Origin: Octopus vulgaris
Taxonomy: Eukaryota
DNA: 64,000 nucleotides
Assembly: GCA_951406725.2 (NCBI GenBank)
Contig: OX597834.1
Span: 34,286,001-34,350,000 of the forward strand
Direction of reading: 5' to 3'
Below, one piece after another: positions 13,593-27,299 of this stretch. Numbering within the stretch: the stretch's first letter is position 1; each line of letters starts with the position of its first letter. Both the position numbers and the translations under genes were made by a program. The notes under the pieces are model-generated. The model saw nothing but the letters and a program-made list of their open reading frames with translations, was not told the DNA's origin and ran no database searches.

Positions 13593-13740
13593 CAATCATT
13601 TGTTCTGACATGTTAGCATTTTCTAGTTCTGACTGCAACTGTTTCTGGCGTTCATCAAGTAGTTTCTGGAGGTCATCAGCAGTTCTCGTGGCATTGTTCA
13701 AATCTTGAGAAATCACTTGGATACAAGCCTGTTGTTGCGC
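13593..13740 (-). CDS. CNTRL: Centriolin exon 20
   Basis: AQQQACIQVISQDLNNA...EQMI; phase 0-1. Confidence 0.85.
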
Positions 13741-14762
13741 CTGGAGTGGGAGCAGAACATAATAGAGAGTATTCTAATTAGTGTTATCTTGATTTGATAT
13801 CAAATAACTGTTTCTAATTTTGGTACAAGGACAGGAGTTTTTAGGGGAGTAGAGTGGAGGGGTGAGACAATAGCATTAACCTCCAATACTTAACACTGAA
13901 AGGGTGAAAGACAAATATGGCCTCAGCAGAAATTGAACCACCAGATTGTAAATATCACAAAATACTTGGAAGTACTACAGCCATGAACTGACCCTAACTC
14001 ACTACTCCCAAAGGATAAATGACAACTAATTCTGACCCTGGTAATATTTGATCTCAATATGTGGGATATAACTGAGATAGTGCGCTGGCAGAATTGCCAG
14101 CATGCCAGGCAAAATACATCAATGACAATACAAAAGTGATAAGACTTGGGAGAAGATGGCTTTTTCTCAAGGTGGGATATTGAGGGAGAGATGAAAAAGC
14201 AGGGATCCAACTGAAAAGACAACCCAGTGAAGAAATGTCATTGATGACCATTCCATAGAGTGTAGAATACCTATGCACAATGATGGCTAAACTGTACATT
14301 CTGTAGAGTGTGTAGAATGCCTGTACATCATGGTAACTAAATTGTGAATACCACACCATTTGTAGAATGCTTATATCATAGGTGTTAAGACCATATGAAG
14401 GTGGCACATGACTCAGTGGTTAGAGCGTTGGGCTCACAATCATGAGGTAATGAGTTTGATTCCTGGACTGGGCTGTGTGTTGTGTTCTTAAGCAAGACAC
14501 TTTATTTCATGTTGCTCCAGTTCACTCAACTGTAGAAATGAGTTGTGATGTCACTGGTGCCAAGCTGTATCAGCCTTTGCCTTTGCTTTGGATAACATCG
14601 GTGGCATGGAGAAGAGAGGCTGGTATGCATGGGTAACTGCTGGTCTTCCATAAACAACTTTGCCTAGTCTTGTTCCTAGGGGGGGAACTTTTTAGGTGCA
14701 ATCCCATGGTCATTCATGACTGAAGGAGCTCTTTACTTTTTAAGACTATTTACTCTACTTAC

Positions 14763-14873
14763 TTTATGTAGATTGTTTTCCAAATGTTTCCCTTTTAATT
14801 CATCAGAATATTGTTGTTGTTGTTGTTTGGCTTGAGATTCCCAGTGTGCAGCATGGGCTTCCGTGGCAGCGAG
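14763..14873 (-). CDS. CNTRL: Centriolin exon 19
   Basis: LAATEAHAAHWESQAKQQQQQ...NLHK; strong polypyrimidine tract, gtaagt donor. Confidence 0.8.
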
Positions 14874-15215
14874 CTAGGGCAGGGAAAACAAGAAAACAAG
14901 GATTGTCAAAAGGATCTTGAAAGTGTTATATACATTATACATGATGCATGCATTGTTCACACACACACACAAACACACATGTATGTATATACATTTATAT
15001 CATATAAAATTAAATAGATAACTTGGGAACAGGAATTATGTATTCAACTTCAGGCATAGACATGGTTGTGTGGTTAAAAAGCTTGCTTCCCAACCACTTG
15101 ATCTCAGGTTCAGTCCCACTGTGTGAAACCTTTTACTATAGCCTTGGGGCTGACCAAATGCCTTGTGAGTGAATTTGGTAGCCGGAAACTGTGTGGAAGC
15201 TCACCACATACACAC

Positions 15216-15278
<63 letters not shown>

Positions 15279-15458
15279 AGTACTGGTGATGATGCCACAT
15301 AAAAAGCACCCAGTACAATGTGTAAAATGGCTGGTGTTAAGAAGGGCATCCAACTGCAGAAACCAACCCAAAACAAACTATGGAACCTGGTGTGACCCCT
15401 GACCTTGCCAGCTCCAGTCAAGCCTGCAATCCATACCAACAGGGGAAATGGACGTTAA

Positions 15459-15490
<32 letters not shown>

Positions 15491-16684
15491 ATTGTATGTG
15501 TGTGTGTGTTTATGTTTATGTTTGGCTTCACCACTGCTTGACTACCATTGTTGATTTGTTTACATCCCCATAACTTAGCAGTTTGGCAAAAGAGACCAGC
15601 CTTGCAAAAAAACATAAGTATTGAGGTCAAGTTGTTCAAGTAAAAACTCTTCAGGGCTGTATCTCAGAAATGGTTGCAATCCAATGACTGAAACAAGTAA
15701 AAGATAAAAGGTAAAATGGAATAAATTATTTTTCTGTGAGAAAAAAGAGTAGGAGGAAAAAATCCTTTCTGGAATCTATTAGAGATTTTCTTCTTCCTCA
15801 CAGATAACAAATTGATTCCAGATTGTAAAATTTTTGTAATTTGTTACTATGCAATTAAGACTAATTAAAAACATCAGCAAATCTATGAAATATTGCACTG
15901 TACTTTAAATTTCCATTCAGCTTGGTTTTATTGCCAGGCATGAAAAAGGATGTTGAGGAAGATGGTGGTGGTGGTGGTGGAGATAGCAAGGATGGTGGTG
16001 ATGTTGTCAGTGCTGGTTGAGATGCTGGTGTGGTAATGGTTGAGGTTGAAATAATCAGGGTGGTAATGGTCATGGTCATGATTGTACTGATGGTAATGAT
16101 GGTGACAAAAATGACGATGCTAATTGTAATGACAATGATGATGATGATTGTGGTACACAGCAATAAACTTCAGAAACTTCAATAAACCATTTACAAGTAG
16201 TTCTTGTGTTTCCAAAGTTACAAGCAGGTGACATTAAATTATGAAGTAAAATATACACACACACATACATCTATAATAATATAAAAAAAAGAAAATGAAA
16301 AGATGTTCTATCATCCCCTTGGGGTATTTGAACACTACACCTGCTGTAGACCATAAAAATGTGCTAACCACTGCATCAAAGCAACATCACAATCCTTGAT
16401 TGCCTTAATGATTATTGCACAGGAACCAAGTATATTTGGTTTCGTGCACATGCACTTGAGACACAGGAAGCAAATTAACTCGTTTTTGATGGTGGGGTAC
16501 TTTCTGGAATTCTCCACATTTCATATGACGTAGTAAGCACATTATATTTTTACTGGCCCATAGAAAGAGGTTGTGAGAACTGATTTGCATGTTAATAGCA
16601 TGTTACATCACCAGCAAAAATTTAATCAATACAGTGAGGGTTTAATTAAGTGGCTACAATAACATATTAGTGACCTGGTATAGT

Positions 16685-16727
<43 letters not shown>

Positions 16728-16763
16728 TACATGTGAAGAAGACAGGAAAAAGTTACAACATAC

Positions 16764-16925
16764 CTGTTGAATATACTCCTCTTCCTTACCAAGCATTCGT
16801 CTCTTTAGATCCACCAGTTCTCTTTGAAGTTCCTCAAACAATCGTTTTTCTTCACTGTTCATGCTTCCTTCACTGTTATCCGGAGACTCATAGACAACAC
16901 TTTTACTGAATGCTTTCTGTTTCTC
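16764..16925 (-). CDS. CNTRL: Centriolin exon 18
   Basis: EKQKAFSK...EEKRLFEELQRELVDLKRRM...IQQ; gtatgt donor. Confidence 0.85.
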
Positions 16926-16938
16926 CTAAGCAACACAG

Positions 16939-17000
<62 letters not shown>

Positions 17001-17253
17001 CATCCTTTCTAATTCTGGCACAAGGCCTGCAATGCTGGGAGAAGAGACTAGTTGATCACATCCACCCAAGTAATTAACTTCTATTTATTTTAAAGATCCT
17101 AAAAAGACAAAAGGCAATGTTTGCCTTGGCAGAATTTGAACTCAGAACATAAAGCTTGAACAAATGTCAGTAAGCATTTTTTTCCAATACAATAACAATT
17201 CTGACACCACCTCCCTTAATAAAAAAAAAGTAACAACAACAACAATAATAATA

Positions 17254-17343
<90 letters not shown>

Positions 17344-17369
17344 GATAATAAAAGACAAAAAGAGAGACC

Positions 17370-17925
17370 TGCAGTGAGTGAGAAAAATATTGACTTCAAA
17401 GGTCAATGCCAGAAACATAATTTCAGCAATAAACTCGCACGCAGTCACAGTCGTTCGTTATGGCACTGGACTCCTGAAGTGGACAGAGGAAGAGCTAAAG
17501 GAGATGAACAAGAAGTCAGGAAAGCTCCTAACGATGCATGGAGCCCATCATCCACGTGCAGATACTGATCGGCTATACATGAAGAGAGTAAATGGAGGAA
17601 GGGGACTGATAAGTGTAGAAGACTGCGTGTGTATCGAACTCAAGAGCTTAATGAGATACCTAACCCAAAGTAGGGAAACCTTGCTAGTGCCAGTTAGGAA
17701 TGAGGGAGTATTGAGAGCTGAGAAAATGGGGAAAACAAAGGAAGAAGTACAAAAAGGACATGAAAAAGAATTACGCAAGAAGGGTCAATGCAATTAACTC
17801 CAGGTAGCCACAACAGAAGTTGCTGGAAAAAATAGGGGGGATTGGCTGATGAAAGGAACCCTAAAAAGAGAGACTGAAAGTACTATACTGGCATTGCAGG
17901 ACCAAACTTTGGCTATGAACTCCAG
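17370..17925 (+). mobile_element. R4/Dong-clade non-LTR retrotransposon fragment (RT thumb region)
   Basis: AINSHAV..RYGTGLLKWTEEELKE...HPRADTDRLY..RVNGGRGLISVED, then after a frameshift WLMKGTLKRETESTILALQDQ; adjacent to (TAA)n. Confidence 0.78.
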
Positions 17926-18266
17926 TTTTCATGACACAAAATGTGACATTTTTGCCAGCTGAGTGAACTGGTGTAATGTGGAATAAAGTGACTTGCTCAA
18001 GAGAACAATATACTGCCAAGAATTGAACTCAGAACCTTATGATTGTGAAGTGAATGCCCTAACCACTAAGCTAACCCAACTGTTTTAAAAAGTAAGAAGG
18101 GTACATTGGATGATGTAGTTTTAGAAAACTACATTAGAAAAAAAAGATTAAATAGTCGAGACTAGAATGCCTTTGATCAAAGATCCACCGAAGCAGAACT
18201 AACCTAGGGTTATAGAATAACAACATATCAGATGATAAAGGCATTAGAGGAGATTGGAATTCTCAC

Positions 18267-18377
18267 CAATTTCAGTTGTGTTTCAGCATCGGCCAATTCT
18301 TTTTGCAGTTTCTGAAGTTCTTCTTTCAAATCTCTCACTTTTTTCTCACTGGCAATCTTGGCATTTAAGATATCTTC
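18267..18377 (-). CDS. CNTRL: Centriolin exon 17
   Basis: EDILNAKIASEKKVRDLKEELQKL...QLKL; ttttcag acceptor, gtgaga donor. Confidence 0.87.
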
Positions 18378-18659
18378 CTGAAAATAAACATCTTTTATGA
18401 GATCTGATGGTAAATAATAATAATTTCTTTTATTGGCCACAAGGCCCAAGACGTGGAGGTCAATATTGAAGGATGAGCTACAGCACAAAAAAAAAAAAAA
18501 TTTACAAAAACAAAAACATAGATATATATGACCCATTGAGATAAGTGAAAATCAAATCAAATCAAAATCAAAATCAAAATCAAACCAAATCAAATCAGAT
18601 ATCAGAAAGCAGAACCAAAATCGAAGTCGATCAACATTAATGGAAATTGCAGCTGTGGT

Positions 18660-19030
18660 TAAGCGAACCATCCAATCGTGGCCGTTGCCAGCGCCGCCCC
18701 GACTGGCCTCCGTGCCGGTGGCACGTAAAAGCACCATCCGTTCGTGTCCGTTGCCAGCCTCGCCTGGCCCCCGTGCTGGTGGCATGTAAAAGCACCATCC
18801 ATTCGTGGCCGTTTGCCAGCTCCATCTGGCACCTGTGCGGGTGGCACGTAAAAAGCACCCACTACACTCACGGAGTGGTTGGCGTTAGGAAGGGCATCCA
18901 GCCATAGAAACACTGCCAGATCAGACTGGGCCTGATGCAGCCTTCTGGCTTCACAGACCCCAGTTGAACCGTCCAACCCATGCTAGCATGGAAAGCGGAC
19001 GCTAAATGATGATGATGATGATGATGATGA
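18660..19030 (+). mobile_element. Retroposon 3' end with (GAT)n tail and internal GTGGCACGTAAAAGCACC repeats (copies near 2920-3392, 8160-8430, 15280-15490, 28200-28670, 47440-47600 -)
   Basis: Shared GTGGTTGGCGTTAGGAAGGGCATCCAG...CCAACCCATGCTAGCATGGAAAGCGGACG-TAAATGATGATG. Confidence 0.8.
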
Positions 19031-21183
19031 TATCTATGTGTGTATGTCTTGGTGTCTGTGTTTGTTCCCACATCATCACTTGACAAACGCTGTTGGTGTG
19101 TTACATTTCCATAACTTAGCAGCTTGGCAAAAAGGACTGATAGAATAAGTACTAGGCTTAAGAAATAAGTCCTGGGCTCGATTTGTTTGACTAAAACTCT
19201 TCATGGCTTTGATTGACTAAAAGCCTCCAGCATGGCCACAGTCAAATGACTGAAGAAAGTAAAAGAAAAAAGAATTATTGTTTATATTTTGAATTACATG
19301 TATATGGGGGCATGACATTCTATTAAGTACTTAAAACTTCTATGGATCTTAATCTGGCCCTGCACATATACATATATGTACAATAAACTTTTTCCAGTTT
19401 CCATCTACCGAATCTACTTTCAAGGCTTTTGCCAGTCTAGAGCTATAGTGAAAGACATTTTGCCTGTGGTACTGCACAATGGAATTGAACCCAAAATGGC
19501 TGGGAAGCAAGCTTCTTAAACACACAACCATGCCTGAAGTTAATGCGAGTATTGAAAGCATTAGTATTGTACTCTTTTATCTTCTTAAAATGTTTTCATC
19601 TCAAATGATAAACATAAATATATGTTGTTTGCATGTGGATGACATTTTCATTCTTGAAATCATTAATGCAACAGCCTTTTGAATTTTATAGAAATGCTCT
19701 TTTGAGATTTCTTACTGTTTTTCTCAATGTTTTCAATTCGAATAAAACCAAGCACATAAATAGAAGTGTATAAATAAAATGTATTTTGTTTACATTTGAC
19801 ATACTCAAATATATTTCGTTTACATTTAAAGTGTATGAATATATTCTATTTGCATTTGAAGAGTGTAAATATATCTTGTTTGCATATGAGGTGCATCTTT
19901 CAAATTTTTCTCTTATCTTTTACTAGTTTTAGTCAAAGGACAGTGGCCATACTAGAGCACAGCCCTGAAGGGTTTAAAAATCAACAAAACTGACCATGAT
20001 CCATGTTTTTAAGTCAAGTACTTATTTCAGTGGTCTCTTTCACTGAATTGATAAAGTTATGGGGAACATAAACAAATCCACATCAGTTGTCAAAGGGGGT
20101 GCAAGCTCAAACACAGATACATGTTGGCTGTGTGGTAAGAAATTTGCTTCCCAACCACATGGTTCCGGGTTCAGTCCCATTGTGCAGTACCTTGGCTGTC
20201 TTCTACTATAGCCCCAGGCTGACAAACTGAAAGAAACTTGTCATATATTTATATATATATATATATATATATAGTTCCGTGTGTATCTTTGTATCTGTGT
20301 TTGTCCCTCACCACCTCTTGACAACCAATGCTGGTGTAGTGAACTACAACGAGTAGTGAACTACAACTGCCAAAATGTATTCTAATATAAATAAATGAAA
20401 CAGATTAAAAAATGAGGTACCATTTGACAAGTCACCTGATGAGTCATATCTGCACCTGTGAAGCACCACAACTTGTTTGCACAGCATCTCACCCATTTTC
20501 TTTCTATCATATTTTATACATGCAATATGTGGTGTGTGTGCGCATGTGTGTGTGTGTGTGTGTATGTGTGTGTGTACATGTGTGTGTATTTATATAGGTT
20601 TGTATTCTTATATATATATATATTCCCTGTAACTATTTGTTAATCTAAACCTGTACTTCACCAATTCTTTCGGTGGGAGACAGAAAGAAGTGGGAGAGTG
20701 GGCGGAGGTGGGGTGTGTGTGTGCAGAAACATCTTATTTAAGTATTTTGAACTACAGTATCAATAGGTAAGTTGATGGTCTACACTTCTGCAGGTACATA
20801 GAAAATAAAAGAACCATTGAAATTAATACATTGCTCTCAACTCAGTGACATCTACATCTTCTCCAATATAATCGACCATATCCTCTTCCAAGGTTGTGGT
20901 CTTGTGCCTATATTAGAAATCATTATTTCGTTGAATGAGTAAAATGTCAGACCTAACCTCAAGTCATTTTATTGCACCTTTACACTCTGAGCTCAATTCC
21001 CACCAGGACTCAACTTTGCCTTTCATCTTTCCTAGACTGATAAATTAATTACTCGTCACTACAGTGGCATTGTTCCTATGTTAGAAAGCATCACTCAGTC
21101 AAATCATCTGATATAAAATTTTCAAGAATATGAGACAAGAGAGAGAGGTGGGGGAGGGGATAGAGAGAGGGAGACAGAGTGAA

Positions 21184-21223
<40 letters not shown>

Positions 21224-21771
21224 GGAGAGAAAGAGACGAGAACTATCATCCATATAAATAAAAAGTTAAAGAGAATTTCTAATACGTATAACCTAACCAG
21301 GAAATGATCCATTGTAATACTATGGCATTCTAGATAGTACATTTATTAATAACAACCTGCAGCTTTAAGCAGCATTATTAATGGCTGACTCTTGCAATTA
21401 ATGTAACAACAGCGACGCAAAGGGAATAATTGTCGTTTAGAAAATTGCCAGATAGAACTGTCATTGAGACAAGGCTTTTAAGTGCTTTTCCATTAAATAG
21501 TATGCCGTAATATAATATTACTAGCACAGTCAGTATTGTTGCAAAATGATGAGTTTTATCAAAGATGGAAAATGGCCATCCATTCAAAAACAATGGAAGA
21601 GACTATTGATAAATTTTTTACCTAAAGACTTTGCACTTTTTATTTAACAGAAAAATATCACAATAGTTCGTAAATATGATGCTCGTTTTTATGTCAATAA
21701 AACTGTTAGATTAACTGAAGATTCATGTACCTACAACTTTGTTTCTTCATAACTTTCTGATAAAACATATA

Positions 21772-21797
<26 letters not shown>

Positions 21798-21809
<12 letters not shown>

Positions 21810-22078
21810 GAAATGAGGTACTCAGAAAATCGGATGGTTTATATTTACAGATATTTATTTGTATATTACATGTTTTTATACATCATATAACTTAGATCAT
21901 GTATTAGCGCTTTCTCCCATTCTAGTGGGGTTTTCTGATTTGAAAACCCCACTAGAATGGGAGAAAGCGCTAATACATGATCTAAGTTATATGATATATG
22001 AAAAATGTAATATACAAATAAATATCTGTATATATAAACCATCCGATTTTCTGAGTACCTCATTTCTTCTAATATATA
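21798..22078. repeat. About 280-bp near-perfect inverted repeat (fold-back element) beside (TA)n
   Basis: Arms of about 138 bp around a 6-nt loop (21936-21941); the inner arm of about 54 bp is perfectly complementary. Confidence 0.92.
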
Positions 22079-22103
22079 ATACCTGTACATCATCTCCAAA
22101 CCT

Positions 22104-22190
<87 letters not shown>

Positions 22191-22254
22191 TACATACATA
22201 TATGTGTATATGCAAGTGAGTCGAACATGATCTATATAAAGCACTTTAAAATGT

Positions 22255-22570
22255 AAAAGCAATATTTGGGGATTTCTTTCAAAAAGAAATACCAATATCC
22301 AGGAATGGTCTTGACTTAGAGATGCTAATTCAGAAAACTAAATCCTTGATAAGAAAAATGCGTTGGAGGAAACTTTCATTTCGATAACAGATCCAATAAA
22401 AAGAAAATTAATTTAAAAGATTTTAGATTATAAAATATTAAATCTTATAAACTCTCAGCTTATAACTCACTTCTTGAAAGCATGAAAAAGGATTTATTGA
22501 ATTTTAATATCGAATATCAAGTTAAAAAAATATAAGACGATTTCCAAAAGAATCTCTTCAAAAGAATCTC
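22255..22570 (+). mobile_element. Degenerate N-terminal fragment of a Penelope-like RT ORF
   Basis: Frameshifted translation IPISRN...LEMLIQKTKSLIRKMRW...LESMKKDLL...DDFQKNL resembles the start of marine-invertebrate PLE ORFs (recalled, not searched). Confidence 0.5.
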
Positions 22571-23227
22571 TCATAGGCATGGTTGGGTGGTTAAGAAACT
22601 TGCTTTGCAACGTCAACTCGGGTTCAGTCCCACTGCATGGCACTTAGTCTTCTACTATAGCCTTGAGCTGGCTAATGCCTTGTAAGTGAATTTGGTTGAT
22701 GCAAACAGTGTGGAAGCTCATCATATATATATCTTTTTCAACTTTTACTTGTTACAGTTATTAGACTATGGCTATGCTGGGGCAATGCATCAGGAAATTT
22801 TCTTTAGTCAAATGAATTGACCCCAGTGCCTATTTTTTAAAAGCCTGGTACTTATTCTATCAGTTCTTTTACTGAACTGCTATGTTATAGGAACATAAAC
22901 ACATGCAAAGACACAATGACACACACACACACATATATACATATAATAGGCTCTTTTTTGTTGTAGCATGGAAGGTGTTTATAAGCCATTTAAAACACAC
23001 AAAAACCGTTAGATTTAAATTTAATTTGCCAAAATATTTTCTTTTAGTTTCTGTCTTATTAAATCCACTCACAAGGCTTTGGTCAGCTTGAGGCTACAGC
23101 AGAAGATACTTGCCCAAAGGTACCATGCAGTGAGACTGAACCTGGGGCCATGTGGTTGGGAAGCAAGCTTCTTACTGCACAGCTACGCCTGCAGCTGTCT
23201 ATTTATCTATATAATTAATATAGTATA

Positions 23228-23274
<47 letters not shown>

Positions 23275-24229
23275 GTGTGTGTGTGTGTGTGTATCAATAT
23301 TTAGCAGAAGTAACAGAGTAAATATTGATAAAATATGTTAAATATTAATTGAAAAAATATACATATACTCATATTTTGAGTTATATTATTCTTGTTTGCA
23401 TCACCATACCTATACAAACAAACATACATACAAATTACAAGTTCAGGTTTATACATATATTTACTGGGGTACTGGGATGTGTAACACACTGCCTAAATAT
23501 CAATCTTGAGAAATTAAGCTTCTCAAAACCAGAAAGGAGAAAGCTGATTCGAAGACAACAGATCCAAGCTATCACTGGAATGTAAAAATCTGTAAAATTT
23601 TCCAGAAGTTTATCATTTAAGTATATATGAGAATGTCTAGTTATGCAACTGTATGCACGAGAATACAATAAAATAAAAAACACTCAAATCTGCACATATA
23701 CATAGAAAAATACCCTGTTGATGTTGAAACTCCAATGAAGAAGATTTGGATCTAGATTAGAAACCAGTTCTTTCTCTATTGGCAAGAAATCTTGAAATTA
23801 AACTGAATAATGACATACATATATGCGTACATATATATGTATATACCAACTACTCTTTATTTGTATCAGAAAGACTTAGAAAGCCCTTAAATTTTTAAAG
23901 AATTGTAATTTAGCTATTACAATTGAGAAAAATAGTGAAACTGTAAACTTTCTTGTTGTATTTTTAAAAATTTAAATTCTGGTTTTATTATCCCTATTAT
24001 AACCTAATGAGGCTCTCCATCATCATGCCAATAATAAAAAATCCAATCATCTTAGATCCATAATATATAGTTTAGTTAGAAATATCTCTTTTGGAATGTC
24101 AAATATTTTATCCTAATGAAAGATGAAAGAATTTTTAATGTTATCACGAAAAAAAAAAAAAATGAAATGTTGGAAAATATATTTTTTTTCTTCAGAATCG
24201 TAATTTTGGAAAAGTTGAGAACAAAAAAC

Positions 24230-26975
24230 GGTGGTGATTGAGAGGGTAGAATTTAAATTTTGAAAAGATTTTTATTAATATATTTATTTTGCAAAATCGT
24301 AATCGTCGCGGTTGAACACAAGAATCCAAAGAAATTTTTGGAAGTAAAAATAGATGAGTGTTTTAGGTGGGTGCCAGTTGAACACGTTCGTCATTGCAGA
24401 ATAGTGCCTACATTTCCATTTTAATTTTGAGATCACAAAGCGGGGGGAAAATGTCCGTTTTATTTATAAGTAGGAAAATTCACCACGAATCAAATTGAAA
24501 ATACAAATAAACTAGTGCCCTTTAACCCGTTCCAATGCCAAAACCAGACAAACAAACACACTTTTCGCATTTCAGATTTATAGATATTGATGAATGGCCG
24601 CCATGAAACCGGGATGACATTAATATCCCCAGTTGAAAATCATTTACTTTACACTTACATAAATTTCGTAAATTTTAGAAGTGGAATAGGATATCGAGAC
24701 TTTCACTCTTTTCTGTCAGTATAACTAAAACGAAATTACTTTCAATTACGAATCAAAATTAAAGTGCCGTTTCAACTTGCTCGCAAGAACGCCATAAAAC
24801 GAGCAAATAACAAGCCTCTGCATGGTCAATCGACATGCTAGAAATAGCAGAAAATTTCATGTCACAATCTTAGTTTTACAAACAAACGAATATATTAGAT
24901 AATGCACTCCGAGATACATTATACCTCCTCCGTCACTCCAAATCCCCAAATAAATAAAAAAAAAAGACAGCATAGTTACAGCTGACCTAAGGTTAAGAAA
25001 AAAAGTAAGTCTAATAACAGCACCCAGATCATGGATGTCTTGAACGAAGTCGACTCTGTTTTTAATACTTGCGAGCTCGCAGACTCGTTAGTACGTTGGG
25101 CAAGTTGCTTAACGGCATTTCACCCTTCTTTATGTTTTGAGTTCAAATGCCGCTGAGGTCAACATTGCCTTTCATCCATTCGGGGTCGATGTAATCGACT
25201 TGACCCTCCCCTGAAATTGCTTGCCTTGTACCAAAATTTGCAACCAATATTTGGACCATGTCTTCTTGCTGGGAACAATCCCGGCAGTTCTTTCTTGGCC
25301 ACATCACGAAATAAAGGTAATTAACGAATGTTTTGCTGGCTTACAGGGATGGGTCCGAGTCCTAGATTAGTTTTATAGTACCCCCAACACGATCAAACAG
25401 ATGCAGGTGCTTTTACGTGGTTGTTCGGCCTGCTAGCAATAGCAGTCAAATTTTCTTCCAATCGTACTATGGAAAATACGTATTAGACTAGCAGTTCTTA
25501 AACTGATAAAATACCAGGCTCAGCCTTCTAAATATTAATCGAGATTTTTAGTCTTCTTTCTCCTTTTTATTAATGAGCAGGGTTTGTATCCAAATCGTCG
25601 TTCTTTCGACAGAATTTTGGAATAGCTATCGCATGAAGGAAGGAAAGGGCATCTCGTTGAAGGAGGAGCAATAACCTAAAAACAAAGATAAAGAAGAATA
25701 ATGGACGAAGAAAATCCTTTCACAGTGGTGATTCCCATTGCATAAAACACAGAAGTATTAAAAAGAAAGGAAAGAAACGACCGCCCACTTTCGTGCACAT
25801 TTCCTTCTCCATGAAATAGTAATATGCTATTCCGATGTTGGCCCCTCCTTTCCTCGCCATGTCATTAGACAAGTTTAGAAGTTTAAAACTAACATAATTT
25901 TTATTAAACATGATAATTTGTCCACCATTAACCCCTCATTTCAATCATCACAGTGCCCGCCTTCTATGAGAAGTACTGCATTAGACAATGAAGTCCTTGA
26001 CAAAAAGACGTTTCCTTTTTAGAGTTGTAGACTCTTCTCAGTTTAAATATGTTCAATCAAAGTTAAAGATCAACAACAGAAACTGTTAACTCAATGAGCA
26101 ATAGTGACAACTCGCTGTGGAGGGCTTATCAGCTAGAAATAGCTGCTTACTTTCCCTCAGATCACAATCTGCTGGTCTTTTATTTTTTTTAACAAAAGGA
26201 AGGACATTTATAATCTTAGCTACATGCGCTTGAAGTAAAAGAAAAGCTAAAACGATATACAATATGACCATATAAGGAACACAAAAGTGTTCCATATTGA
26301 CCATATTAGGAACACAAGAACCCATAATAAATTTTTAATATATGTATTTTGACGAAGATCATCGGTTTAATGTATCACGTGGTATTAATTAAGTGTTCTC
26401 ATTGGTCAATTTCGTTCAATTTTGTTTAATTTATTCTTCAGATTCGTTTTGGAGAAGATCTGATGGAAGCAATGCTGGGTTAAATTACAGCAAGTTAATG
26501 ATTCCAGACAAAAAAAAGTTTCACATACACAAACAGAAAAGATAAATAAACATTGTCGAGAAGGTCAGGTAGGTGAGATTATATTTTTTTGTTCGTTTCT
26601 TTCGAATTAAAATAATGTTTCCCGTTTCAGTGTAGTCATAGAGGAGGTCGAATAAACTGTCGTCTGCTAAGCTAGATTTCGGAGAAAATTAGTAAAATTC
26701 ACTGAACAAGCCTAAAGATTATCAGGAAACCAGTTATAATTAAAAATCATTAACTATTTAAGTTATTTTAATATATTTTGTTTTATGCCATACATTTTGT
26801 GAAGTGATATCGTCGCTGGTTACAGATTTTGAACGGATCAATTTTGTTCATACACTGCTTTTCATGATGATAGGTGTGACAAGGGATTGTCTGTGAAATT
26901 TGGTCGGAGCAAATATCACACAAGGTATTTTCGTTCCAAATTATTGACTTATCGGTTTTTCTTGCTGATATCCGT
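24230..26975. promoter_or_regulatory. Intronic CpG-retaining island (putative unmethylated promoter/enhancer)
   Basis: Many CpGs in non-repeat AT-rich sequence versus depleted flanks; GGCCGCCAT (YY1-like) near 24596, CACGTG near 26377, ATTGG near 26401. Confidence 0.5.
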
Positions 26976-27005
26976 CAATGAAAAATATATACATACATAC
27001 ATACG

Positions 27006-27116
<111 letters not shown>

Positions 27117-27299
27117 CTATATCTATCTATCTATACATACATAAATAGATATTGATATATATGTATGTATATATACAGCAAGACACCTGTTTTTGTCTCT
27201 CTGCCTCACTATAATCTTTCATCATCTGGCACAAGATCACCTCCTTCAATACCCCCTTGCCTCTCAAAAGAGTTGTTTTCTTTTTCTTTCTTTTTTTGC

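Noticed and set aside
23716-23820. Hammerhead-like layout CCAATGA...GAAACCAGTTC
   Set aside because: The core deviates from CUGANGA and the stems are weak; probably a PLE-derived repeat, but not supportable as a ribozyme from this copy.
24596-24619. Perfect Kozak GCCGCCATG as a nested gene start
   Set aside because: The ORF stops after four codons (ATG AAA CCG GGA TGA).
26864-26968. Box C/D snoRNA candidate (ATGATGA ... CTGA)
   Set aside because: No terminal stem and no rRNA or snRNA antisense element I could recognise; these boxes arise by chance in AT-rich DNA.
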